Shown: positions 40,015-49,661, counted from the first letter of the stretch. The stretch is 64,000 nucleotides of DNA from an uncultured Methylomirabilota bacterium (GCA_963845565.1 CAWJSJ010000002.1:640001-704000); one strand, 5' to 3'. Translations and numbers: made by a program. Notes: generated by a model from the sequence alone, not told the origin.

Positions 40015-40351
40015 GGTCTACCCCCTCCCGACAGCGCCCCGGAAGCAGACAGCGCACGATTGCTGGAAGAACCCTGGGGCCGGATGCACACCGTCCATCC
40101 CCACCGGCATATGCATCGCCGCTTGGGGTGGAGGCGGAGCCGAGTCCTTCCCCCTTTGAGCCCCGACGCGCCCCAAGGGTGGGCGACCTCCGTCCAGATC
40201 TCCCTCGTCACAATTGTCGAGCGGCTCGACTGTTTCGTCGAATCGGATGGCCTGCTGGGGCCGCCCCCGAGTGCTCTCGCCTTCTCGGAAATGCATGCGG
40301 GCCGTGAATGGAGGGCGCGTTCTGTCCCGTGTGCCTTTTCGTTTCCAAGCA

Positions 40352-40367
40352 TGGCATACCTCTTGCT
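40352..40367 (+). promoter_or_regulatory. Sigma54 (-24/-12) promoter
   Basis: TGGCATACCTCTTGCT matches TGGCAC-N5-TTGC; about 100 nt upstream of ATG 40471. Confidence 0.7.
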
Positions 40368-40470
40368 CCCCTTCTTGGCCCCGGTGGGAATCGTGACCGG
40401 CGTGCGTCCGACACGGAGTTCTTGACCTCACCGCATACGCTTTACCTCTACCACCAGACAGGAGGAACAC

Positions 40471-40788
40471 ATGACCCGGAAACAGACGTTGATCGCAGGA
40501 CTGGCGCTGGCGCTGGCGGTCAGCATGGCGGGCGAAGCCCTGGCGCGCGGCGGCAAGGGCCGCGGGGCGATGGACGGGCAAGGGAAGCAGGGTCGCGGCC
40601 AAACTGCGGCCTCGACCACGCCGACCCGGCCCGAGGGTTCGCAGCGACGCGACGGCACCTTCCAGAGCACCGGGACGACCGCCAACGGCGCCACCACCCG
40701 GCCCGGCAATGGCCGCGGCCTGCAGGACGGAAGCCACCTCTCCACGCCGACGATCACCACCGGCACCACTGCCCCCACGGCCCAGTAG
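40471..40788 (+). CDS. Small secreted low-complexity (Gly/Thr-rich) protein
   Basis: AGGAGGA RBS; signal peptide ending in ALA; RRDGT and LQDGS motifs. Confidence 0.75.
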   Translation: MTRKQTLIAGLALALAVSMAGEALARGGKGRGAMDGQGKQGRGQTAASTTPTRPEGSQRRDGTFQSTGTTANGATTRPGNGRGLQDGSHLSTPTITTGTTAPTAQ

Positions 40789-41484
40789 CCATTGACGGCG
40801 GCGGAGGAGGGACTCCCCCCGCTTCCGCCGCCGCATCTCCCTGCTCGCCCCCCTCGATAGCCCGGTTGGCCTGCCCCCACTGATTAGTCCACCGCGACCG
40901 TCCGTTCAAGCCGGCTCTGGGGTGCCCGAGAATCCTCGGCAACTTCCAGCATTTCTCAACCGATCCCCACTGCACGGTGGGGCAATGGTGGGTGCTACGT
41001 GCCAACTGGAAAAACCGACGCAATTCCCATGGTGTAATCCCGGAGAGGACTACTCAACCATCATTCAGTGACGGGCGGCTCATCCAGTCGCCTCCTCGTG
41101 CTCGGTGCGCTCTCTCGAATCCGCCTCACCTCCCACCATTCCTCCTGGTGATCTGCGATCTCCCAAGCACGCCCCCTTCGCGGGATTCTGCGAGAGTGTT
41201 CTATCTATGCCGGAATGATTTGGCGATGGGCTGACGGTGATCCATGCAGTGATCGGCTGCGGTGGCGTGACCATGCATTTCCGGCGTCCAGGAAACCGGG
41301 AGCGTCACAGGCGCGGTGAACGGTTGCCAGCTTGACGTGTCCTACGCGGAGACCTCTCCTGTCAAAGAACGGAGATTTGGGCCAGCCGCGAGCCAGCCGC
41401 GAGCCTTTGACTTCACTCTGTACGGATGGTAATTTTAGCGGAGCGCGTGGTCTCTCCGCGCTGCAGCCGACCCGGGAGGCGCAC

Positions 41485-42093
41485 ATGGTGGACGTGACAG
41501 AGCGCAGTCGCAAGTCGGAGGAGGAATACTTCCGCCGAAAGGAGCAGGAGCTGATCGATAAGCTCCGCGAGAAGACCGAGGCGGAGGCCCATCGCAAGGG
41601 CCTGACCGAAGCTATCGGGCTCGAGAACGAGCAGATCCTCGACGCGCTGCGCGAGATGGGCTTCGATCGCGCCACGGTCGTGGTGCTCTTCCTGGTCCCC
41701 CTGCTCCAGGTGGCATGGAGCGACGGGAGCATCTCCGACCGGGAGCGCACGTTGATTCTGGAAGCGGCCCACGCCCACGGAGTGAAGGAGGGCACGCCGG
41801 CGCATGAGAAGCTGAACGAGTGGCTTGCCGCGAGACCTCCGGAGCAGACGTCGGAGCGGGCCTTGCAGGTGATCCGCGATCTCATGGTCTTCCAGTCCCC
41901 GGACGCCCGGCAAGCGACCACCGGCAGGCTCATGGACGCCTGCGAGCGGATTGCCGCCGCCTCGCGCGGCTTCCTCGGACTCGGCTCCAAGATCTCGACA
42001 GAGGAAGCCGCCGTCATGAAACGGGTGGCCGCGGAGATCGAGCGGGCGCACGCCGAGGCCGTCACGAAGGTCCTCGGCGGCATGAAGGTCTGA
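41485..42093 (+). CDS. TerB-like helical protein with a charged N-terminal helix
   Basis: GGGAGG RBS; VAWSDGSISDRER and IAAASRGFLGLGSKISTEE TerB-like motifs. Confidence 0.7.
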   Translation: MVDVTERSRKSEEEYFRRKEQELIDKLREKTEAEAHRKGLTEAIGLENEQILDALREMGFDRATVVVLFLVPLLQVAWSDGSISDRERTLILEAAHAHGVKEGTPAHEKLNEWLAARPPEQTSERALQVIRDLMVFQSPDARQATTGRLMDACERIAAASRGFLGLGSKISTEEAAVMKRVAAEIERAHAEAVTKVLGGMKV

Positions 42094-42442
42094 TAGGTAT
42101 CGCCGCGCCCAGGGCTGTGCCGTGACTCTCACCGTCGGTACGCTCCACTCCTCCACTGGGTCAACACTTGCCATGAACTAACATTGGGGGTGGACCAACC
42201 CGTGGGCGGCAGGCCACTGCGCTATTCTTGATGGCGACTTACATCGTGACCCCAAAAAGCTACCGGACTCCATTTAGGGGCTACGTGCCTGAATACGTGG
42301 GGGGTGTGTCCAATTCGTGGCCATGGGTGGGTCTGGCGAGGACACCGTGAAACCGCCTCCGGTGGTGGAGGAACTCGTGCGTCCGGTGCAGTGGGTTGAG
42401 ATGCCACGCGCGCCGCGGGTGGTGGACCCAGGCGCCTGTTCG

Positions 42443-42532
42443 GCCGCCGCGCCCGGCTACCTGGTCCACGCCGGCGAGGTCCGCTTCCCGCTCGCCCCGG
42501 GCGTCACGGCCCTGCCATTCGCGGAGTTCTAA
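42443..42532 (+). pseudogene. C-terminal fragment resembling AAA/DUF4143 ATP-binding proteins
   Basis: AAPGYLVHAGEVRFPLAPGVTALPFAEF-stop; no convincing upstream body. Confidence 0.3.
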
Positions 42533-42819
42533 TGATCCGGGACCCGGCCGTTTCTGCGGTGTCAAGGCAAGATCCTCCTCAGGATGCGGCGTGCTGACCG
42601 TATCGCCCACCTGTTATCTGCCGTCGTCCCCCGAGGCCGCTCCGGGAGAACCTCTCACGCCCCATCGTAGTGGTGCCATCCGGCCGGCTCGCTGCCTCGA
42701 GCGACCCACCCGGCCTAGTCCGGGCTCTTGAGAGCGGGAGCGGCGCGCCAGTGTCCCGCCGCGGTCGCGTTGCGGCGCCGCCACGATGCACATCTCGCGC
42801 TGCCGACTCCCCGCACAAT

Positions 42820-43030
42820 CGGGTCAGGTCTTGAATTGTGCCTTGCCTACCGTTCACGGTTCGGCTGATGGTACTGTCGTCGAGACTGGTGGCCCGGCCG
42901 ATCTCGGAGAGCCTGACGAGCATTGCCCCGGCTGATGACGTGAAACACCGCCCCCGGGTACTCGATGCGCAGCGGTCGCGCCCTGGGTCCTCCTGCTCCG
43001 AGGGATGCCGCACTACGAGACCTGACCCCC
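42820..43030 (-). mobile_element. Internally deleted RAYT (REP-associated tyrosine transposase) element with terminal inverted repeats
   Basis: IRs GGGTCAGGTCT/AGACCTGACCCC; ARPLRIEYPGAVFHVISRGNARQ N-terminus fused out of frame to EIGRATSLDDSTISRTV; start codon reads AGG after a GGAGG RBS. Confidence 0.75.
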
Positions 43031-43055
43031 ACTTCGTGAGGCGGCGTGGGTCTCG

Positions 43056-44054
43056 CTACCGGGGAGACGCCAAGTGGCGGACGGCCTGGATGATCCCATG
43101 GCCGACGCGGGCAAAGGCGGGAGGCGTCAGCTTGTCCGGGATGTCCTCGGGGGCATGGTAATGGGGATATCGAAACGGGGCGGTGTCGGTCAGCATGAGG
43201 GCGGGGTATCCCTCTTTCCAGAAGGACCAGTGATCGGACCAGTTGATGCCGGGAAGCATCTCGAACGTGGCGACCCCTTCCACGGGGAAGTCGCTGACTG
43301 CCATGAACGCGCGAAGAAAATCGATCGCCAGCGGGCGTGACGGGAGATTGCCGACGACCGCCAGGAAATTGCCCGCACTCGGATAGAGCAAGCCGAAGGG
43401 AAATGGGTAGGATTGACCGCCTGAGGCATCGGAGTAGTAGCCGATCGTCTCCAGCGACACCATCGCCACGATCGCCTCGCCCCGCTGCCTGGCATTCCTG
43501 GCGTGCACGCGGCTGCCCATATCCTCCGTGAAGAAATGCGGCGGCTCTTCGTTCGTGAAGGCGACAAAGCGGAGGGTCCTCTGGAGCGGTGCCTGTCTGA
43601 AGGCGCGAGACATTTCGAGCAACAGCGCCACGCCCGACCCGTTGTCGTTGGCCCCGGGGGTGCCGGGGGCGGTGTCGTAGTGGGCCCCGACCAGGACGAT
43701 CTCCTGAGGCCGCCCGACGCCTCGGAGCTCGATGATGAGGTTCTCACACGGCCGGCCGTCGACCTGGAAGGCCTCCGTCTTGACCGTGAAACCCTGGTCG
43801 GTCCAGGTCTTCCGGATATACTCGGCGGCAGCCTGGAGCTCATTGGGTCGGGCAAGATGCCGCTGGCCGATCGTGCCGCCGAGCATCCGGACATGGGGCA
43901 TGAGGCGCGCTTCGAGGGCGGCGATGTCGGCGCGGATGGCTGGCGTCATGGTGGGGCGGGTCACGTCCGGCTTCACATCGATCATGACGCGATACCCGAT
44001 CACGGCCAGGATGGCCAGAACGACCAGGATCCCTGAGAATACCCAGATGCGCAT
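43056..44054 (-). CDS. M28 family metallopeptidase
   Basis: GAHYDT; GANDNGSG; FTNEEPP; SDHWSF; YPHYH. Confidence 0.9.
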   Translation of the reverse strand: MRIWVFSGILVVLAILAVIGYRVMIDVKPDVTRPTMTPAIRADIAALEARLMPHVRMLGGTIGQRHLARPNELQAAAEYIRKTWTDQGFTVKTEAFQVDGRPCENLIIELRGVGRPQEIVLVGAHYDTAPGTPGANDNGSGVALLLEMSRAFRQAPLQRTLRFVAFTNEEPPHFFTEDMGSRVHARNARQRGEAIVAMVSLETIGYYSDASGGQSYPFPFGLLYPSAGNFLAVVGNLPSRPLAIDFLRAFMAVSDFPVEGVATFEMLPGINWSDHWSFWKEGYPALMLTDTAPFRYPHYHAPEDIPDKLTPPAFARVGHGIIQAVRHLASPR

Positions 44055-44350
44055 GGGTCACCCCCGGCGACACCACGGCCACGCCGTGCGGATCAGGCGT
44101 TCGTCTCGATGATTGCATGCCCACGCCGGAGGCCTGTGCCCCCTCCGGGATGCAGGGGCCCATCTCCTCTCAAAGCTGAAGCCGGGCACACCCTCTCGGG
44201 CACTGAATCTGGGGCCCTCTCTTCGTGCCCATTACTATACTCCCTTTTCCTCTTGACCGTCGCGTCCGGTGCGCCGGATACTGCAAACTGACCTTGCGGC
44301 ACCACCCAGCCGGGTTGCCGGAACCCCGAGGAAACCGCAATGGAGAAGGC

Positions 44351-45085
44351 ATGTGTACAGCCCCCGAGACCGCACTTCCACCGCCCCCGGACTATGCCGA
44401 CGTCGCACGCACCGTCGATGACGCGATCACGTCGCGCCGGTCCGTTCGGGCCTTTCTGCCAGCGCCGGTGCCACGCGCGCTGATCGAGCACATCCTGGAG
44501 GTGGCGTCGCGCGCGCCGAGCGGAACCAACATGCAGCCCTGGTGCGTCCATGTGGTGGCGGGCGAGGCGAAGGACAAGCTGTCCCGCGCCATTCTCGACG
44601 CCCATGAGGCGGGCGGCGAGGGGCACACGCGGCCCTGGAAATACTATCCCGACGAGCTCTTCGAGCCCTATCTGAGCCGGAAGCGCGCGGTCGGCTGGGG
44701 GCTCTACGGCCTGCTCGGAATCGGCAAGGGCGACCACGCGCAGATGAAAGCGCAGCGGGCGCAGAACTACCTGTTCTTCGGCGCGCCGGTCGGCATGTTC
44801 TTTACCCTCGACGCCCGGCTCGAGATCGGCAGTTGGCTCGACTACGGCATGTTCATTCAGAGTATCATGACCAGCGCGCGGGGCCACGGCCTGCACACGT
44901 GTCCGCAGGCTGCCTTCGCAGACTATCACCGGATCATCCGCGCCCATCTCGGCCTCCCGGAGGATCACACCGTGATCTGCGGCCTGTCGATCGGATACGA
45001 GGACACAGAGGCGGTCGTGAACAGGCTGCGGACGGACCGCGTTCCGGTCAGCACGTTCGCCCGCCTTATCGGCTACGAGAGCTGA
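44351..45085 (+). CDS. Nitroreductase family protein
   Basis: SRRSVRAF; RAPSGTNMQPW; GLHTCPQAA. Confidence 0.92.
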   Translation: MCTAPETALPPPPDYADVARTVDDAITSRRSVRAFLPAPVPRALIEHILEVASRAPSGTNMQPWCVHVVAGEAKDKLSRAILDAHEAGGEGHTRPWKYYPDELFEPYLSRKRAVGWGLYGLLGIGKGDHAQMKAQRAQNYLFFGAPVGMFFTLDARLEIGSWLDYGMFIQSIMTSARGHGLHTCPQAAFADYHRIIRAHLGLPEDHTVICGLSIGYEDTEAVVNRLRTDRVPVSTFARLIGYES

Positions 45086-45245
45086 TTGACCCTCGGTGCC
45101 GGCCAGTCGCCATCGGTGGCCGATTTGGGTTCCCGCGCCGATCCTGCGAACAGGCGCGTCCGGGTTGGCGAACGCGCAGGTCATTGCCCGCTCCAGTCGA
45201 TCCCCCATGATCATCGCCGAAAGCCGATTGGGAAACGTGAGAAGC

Positions 45246-46538
45246 ATGGGATCGGAAAGAAAGCACGGGGACCGCAAACTGGGCCTCTTCTACGGCTGGA
45301 AGATCGTCGGGACGGGCATCCTCGGCATGATCCTGGTCTATGGGGTCCGCCATTCCTTCGCCGTGTTCTTCACCCCCATCCTGGACGAGTTCCATTGGAG
45401 CCGGGGCAACATCGCCATCATGATGTCCCTGAATATTTGTGCGTACGGGTTTCTGGCCCCCGTGGCGGGGATCCTGGCGGACCATTGGAGGGCCCGGGTC
45501 CTGATGCCCCTGGGAATCGCCATTCTCGGGGCGGCCACCGCGGGGTGCGCCTGGGCGGAGGAACTCTGGCACTTCTATGTGCTCTTCGGACTCCTCATGC
45601 CCCTCGGCAGTGCGCTGGCCGGCTGGCCCATCATCGCGCCCGCCCTCATGAATTGGTTCGTCCGAAAGCGCGGCCTCGTCATGGGTATCGGGCAGATGGG
45701 CGGTGGGCTGAGCTTCGCGTACACCATATTTGTGAACTACTTGATCCTTCACGTTGGATGGCGGCTCACCTTTCTGGTGTTGGCGGGCATCCTGGTTTTC
45801 GTTCCCTTGCCCCTATATTTGCTTTTCTTCTATTATCGACCCCGGGAGAAAGGGCTCACACCGTATGGCTCAGCCGACATGCCCGAGGTTTCAACGCGAG
45901 AAGCACCCGGGGCCGCCGGAGGCGTCTCCCCGACGCGCGATTGGACCCCCGCCCAGCTGCTCCGCGCCCCTCAACTGTGGCTGCTGGTGTTGTCGTATGC
46001 GCTCTACTGGGGCGTCGGGAACTACCTGGTCCTGGCCCATCAGGTGCGATTCGCAGAGGATGCGGGCTACGGCAGCATGTTCAGCGTCTCCATCTTCGCG
46101 CTGTTCGGGGTGACCCTTTTCCTGGGCCAATCCTGTGGGTTCTTGTCGGACCGAATGGGCAGGGAGCGGGTGGCCACGCTGGCCGCCGCGTTGTCCATCC
46201 TTGCCCTGGCGGCCCTCATGTCCGTACGCGACACGTCCCACCCTTGGCTCTTGTACGCGTACTCCATCGGCTTTGGCCTGGGGGGAGGGCTCTTCACGCC
46301 CACCATTTACGCCGGAGCTGCGGATATCTTTGCTGGCCAGTATTTTGGCGCCGTGTCCGGCCTGCTTCTCACCGGCATGGGGGTCGCCGCGGTCTTCGGC
46401 CCGTGGCTGGGCGGTCACATCTATGATGTGGCCGGCACCTACCGCCCCGCCTTTCTCCTCTGCATCGTCTGCATCGCCCTTGCCTGCCTGGCCTTCTGGA
46501 TCGCCGCGCCCCGGAGAAGGCCCACCCCGAGTCGATGA
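45246..46538 (+). CDS. MFS transporter (OFA-like)
   Basis: FYGWKIV; about 12 TM helices; GFLSDRMGRE motif. Confidence 0.88.
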   Translation: MGSERKHGDRKLGLFYGWKIVGTGILGMILVYGVRHSFAVFFTPILDEFHWSRGNIAIMMSLNICAYGFLAPVAGILADHWRARVLMPLGIAILGAATAGCAWAEELWHFYVLFGLLMPLGSALAGWPIIAPALMNWFVRKRGLVMGIGQMGGGLSFAYTIFVNYLILHVGWRLTFLVLAGILVFVPLPLYLLFFYYRPREKGLTPYGSADMPEVSTREAPGAAGGVSPTRDWTPAQLLRAPQLWLLVLSYALYWGVGNYLVLAHQVRFAEDAGYGSMFSVSIFALFGVTLFLGQSCGFLSDRMGRERVATLAAALSILALAALMSVRDTSHPWLLYAYSIGFGLGGGLFTPTIYAGAADIFAGQYFGAVSGLLLTGMGVAAVFGPWLGGHIYDVAGTYRPAFLLCIVCIALACLAFWIAAPRRRPTPSR

Positions 46539-46912
46539 AGCATTCCCGAACGCACCACCAGCGATTGGGGGTCGATCACCCCTGGACGGTAGGGCCCGCG
46601 ATGTGGCAGCAGGAAAGCCAAGTTGGGATTGGTCACCGGCTGAGCCCGCCGGACATCAGACCGCCCACTATCACCACACGTCGTGCGACCGTTTTGCGGG
46701 ACGGTGTTGCCTGCATGAACTTCCAGCAAGAACACTCGCCGCCACGACGAGCAGCACCGGTCATCCTGCATAGCGGCCCGTCCAACGATCCCGATGCTGA
46801 CGTGTCTTCGGCTCAGCAACCCGGGCAGTCCTTTCGACCCGGCAGGTCCGCTTTGTGGTAACATGCCGCCGCATTTCATCCCATGCGCGCGGCGAACGAA
46901 AAGGAGGTGCCA

Positions 46913-48025
46913 ATGAAGGTCACGACGGTGGAACCGATGGTTCTTGAGGCCCCGGTCAAGGAGCCGTGGCGGATTGGCACGGCGGTGTACACCAGCATGC
47001 ACGCCATGCTGGTCCGGGTGGAGACGGATGAGGGCATCACCGGGTATGGCGAAGGCCTGGTCCGGTTCTCGCCCCGGGCCGGCGCGGCGGTAGTCCGGGA
47101 CATTCTGGCGCCGGTGGTGATCGGCCAGGACCCGTTCGAAGTGGAGCTGGTCTGGGACAAGATGTACGGCATGATGCGGGGCCGGGGGCACTCCAAGGGG
47201 TTCATGCTGGAGGCGATGAGCGCAGTGGACATCGCGCTGTGGGACATCGTCGGCAAGGCATTGGGCCAGCCACTGCACCGAATCCTCGGGAGCTACGGGC
47301 GGTCCAGTCTTCCCGTCTACGCGTCGTCGCTCCTCTTCAAGCCCATCGAGGAGCTGGTCCGCGAAGCGGCGGGTCTGGCGGCACAGGGGTACACCGCCAT
47401 CAAGCTCAAGATCGGCCAGGGCGCGGAGGCCGATCTGGCGAAGGTGCGGGCGATCCGCACGGCGCTGGGGAACGGCGTGCGGCTGATGGTGGATGCGAAC
47501 TGCGCCTACGACACGCTCACCGCGCTGCAGATCGGACGGCTCTTGGAGGCGGAGGGCGTCGCCTGGTTCGAGGAGCCGGTCGCGCCCGAACTCCTCGATG
47601 GCTACGTCAAGCTGGCGCAGGCGCTGGACATGCCGATCGCCGGCGGGGAGACCGAGTTCACGCGCTGGGCGTTCAAGGAGATTCTCACCCGGCAGGCCAT
47701 GGACATCATTCAGCCCGACATCGGTCGTGTGGGCGGGTTCAGCGAGGCCCGAAAGATCGCCGCGCTCGCCAGCGCCTTCGACGTTCCGGTCGGACCGCAC
47801 ACGGGAGCCTCGGCGGCGGTGGCCGTGGCTGCGTCGGTCCAGTGGGCGGCGGCACTTCCCAACCTGCTGACGTTCGAGTACATGTATCCGCCCAACCCGC
47901 TGCGGGAGGAATTGCTGATCGACCCGCTCCCCGCGCCGAAGAACGGTCAGATGGGTGTGCCCCAGCAGCCGGGGCTGGGGATCGAGGTGGACGCGAAGGC
48001 CTTGGCGCGTTTTCGGACCGCATAG
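46913..48025 (+). CDS. Mandelate racemase/muconate lactonizing enzyme family protein
   Basis: AVDIALWDIVGK; KLKIG; VDAN; FEEPV; GGE; QPD; AAGGAGGT RBS. Confidence 0.92.
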   Translation: MKVTTVEPMVLEAPVKEPWRIGTAVYTSMHAMLVRVETDEGITGYGEGLVRFSPRAGAAVVRDILAPVVIGQDPFEVELVWDKMYGMMRGRGHSKGFMLEAMSAVDIALWDIVGKALGQPLHRILGSYGRSSLPVYASSLLFKPIEELVREAAGLAAQGYTAIKLKIGQGAEADLAKVRAIRTALGNGVRLMVDANCAYDTLTALQIGRLLEAEGVAWFEEPVAPELLDGYVKLAQALDMPIAGGETEFTRWAFKEILTRQAMDIIQPDIGRVGGFSEARKIAALASAFDVPVGPHTGASAAVAVAASVQWAAALPNLLTFEYMYPPNPLREELLIDPLPAPKNGQMGVPQQPGLGIEVDAKALARFRTA

Positions 48026-48215
48026 CAGGCTGCTGAAAACGGCCCATCTGCCGCGTTGGCTTGCTCGGGCACTCGTTGCGGCGTACCTGGAGTACGCCTT
48101 GACCCACCTGCGGTGGGTACCCCGCCCCGGGTACCCATCCACAGGATGGGTGACGCCGCCTTGCATCTGGACCTTTTTGAGCAGCCTGAGTGAAAGCGTG
48201 TTCTTCAGCCTCCTG
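48026..48215 (+). mobile_element. MITE-like element, family B (copy 2, with a nested palindrome)
   Basis: CAGGCTGCTGAAAA...TTCTTCAGCCTCCTG followed by CTAG; begins right after a TAG stop; homologous to 31719-31888. Confidence 0.8.
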
Positions 48216-48244
48216 CTAGTCCCTGTGCTTGAGAGTCCCCATCC

Positions 48245-48466
48245 CTACGCCGGGATGAACTCCTCCGCCTGCGTGCCGCACATCGGGCAAAGGGCCGGAG
48301 GGCGATCCGACTCGATATGCGCGCACTCGGGACACAGGAAGAGCTTGATGTCGATGACATCGTGGCCTTGGGTCGGCGTTGCCAGCGCCACGGCGCAGAG
48401 CTTGGCGTGGACGGCCTCATCCTTCATCAGGTGCGACAGGGACTTCCGATCCGTCTGGCTCTCCAT
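48245..48466 (-). CDS. Rubredoxin-like domain protein (truncated rubrerythrin paralog)
   Basis: EAVHAKL...FLCPECAHIE...CPMCG..EEF aligns to the C-terminus of 53190-53687; AAGGAG RBS. Confidence 0.6.
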   Translation of the reverse strand: MESQTDRKSLSHLMKDEAVHAKLCAVALATPTQGHDVIDIKLFLCPECAHIESDRPPALCPMCGTQAEEFIPA

Positions 48467-48818
48467 GGTAACGCTCCTTCGGGATTCAAGAGTCACTCGA
48501 TCGTTCCGCCCGCCTTGGCGAATTCCCCGGTAAACAGGGGCTGAGAATTCTCGTCACATCCTGCCGACTTTTTTCACGCACCGAGTGCATGGCACGGTCA
48601 ATTTCCCACCACCGGGAAGAACCAGCGTTGCTGTGCGATCCAGGCCGCATGGTCCGGACCCCTCTCTGCTTGCGTGTGTCGTCACACCCCACGATCCACC
48701 CGACGGAACATCTGGGGATCTTGCGCATCTTGTGCCATGTGTTCCCCGCGACGCGCATGGCGCACGAGAGGGCGTCAGCCGGAAGCGGAGATTGCGCGAG
48801 GGAAAGGCGGGGAATCCC

Positions 48819-48836
48819 TTGGCATCGGCCGTGCAG
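48819..48836 (+). promoter_or_regulatory. Putative sigma54 promoter of the DUF4388 cluster
   Basis: TTGGCATCGGCCGTGCAG has GG-N10-GC spacing; inverted repeat GGAACATCTGG/CCATGTGTTCC at 48705-48745 upstream. Confidence 0.5.
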
Positions 48837-48949
48837 TGCCAGGTGCCCAGGCGGGATCGAGCGCCGAGATCCTCCGTCATGCATCGTCCCGCCCGCCCCG
48901 GTGAAAGCCCCCGGCTGGGGCGTCAGGTTATGGGAGAGAGGGGTCGCGC

Positions 48950-49648
48950 ATGTCTCTCATCGGCACGCTGAAAGACCTCAGTCTGTTCAACCTGGTCCAG
49001 CTGCACTGCTGCGAGCGACAACAAGCACAGGTGTCCCTGGCGCACGGCGACTGCGACGGGAGACTGGTCTTTGCGGATGGCGAGCTGGTGTTCGCCGCCG
49101 TGGGTGGTCTGGTGGGTGGGGAGGCCGTGCACGAGCTGCTGACGTGGGAGGACGGGGATTTCCGCGTCGACTACGAGCCTGCGCCCGTCGTGCGGAACGT
49201 CCGGACCCCATGGAGCGAGCTGCTCCTCGAAGGGGTCCGGCGGCTGGATGAGGCGCGCGCCGCGCGGGATGCGCGCCTGGAAGCCACCCTGCGGAGCATG
49301 AAGGGTACGCATGGGCTGCGCGCCACGGTGGCAACGAACACGACGGGCCAGGTCCGGGCTGCCGCCACCGCAGGGCCGGCAATGGCGGAGGCGGCCTTGG
49401 TGGCACTTCTCGCCGGGCGGCTGGAAACCATCGGAGGACTGCTGCACTGCGGGGCGTGCAGGGAAGTCAGCGTCTCCGGCCCCAGCGAGACAATCTGGAT
49501 TGCACGGAGAGACGGCGCCTATCTGGCGTGCTGGCTCGACGGACGGGCGGCTCTCCATCCGGTCAAGAGGCTGTTGCAACCGCTGCTCTCGTGGGAGCGG
49601 ACCGACGCGCCGCAGGAAGCGCCGGACGCGTCGTCTTTGAGCCGTTGA
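48950..49648 (+). CDS. DUF4388 domain plus Roadblock/MglB-like domain protein
   Basis: GTLKDLSLFNLVQL...GGEAVHELLTWEDGDF...LLLEGVRRLDE; C-terminal region has a Roadblock-like pattern. Confidence 0.8.
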   Translation: MSLIGTLKDLSLFNLVQLHCCERQQAQVSLAHGDCDGRLVFADGELVFAAVGGLVGGEAVHELLTWEDGDFRVDYEPAPVVRNVRTPWSELLLEGVRRLDEARAARDARLEATLRSMKGTHGLRATVATNTTGQVRAAATAGPAMAEAALVALLAGRLETIGGLLHCGACREVSVSGPSETIWIARRDGAYLACWLDGRAALHPVKRLLQPLLSWERTDAPQEAPDASSLSR

Positions 49649-49661
49649 GCGGGAGGCGCGG

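Noticed and set aside
33936..43050. Prophage suggested by ORF6N and excisionase-like remnants
   Set aside because: No integrase, terminase, capsid or tail genes; only scattered relics.
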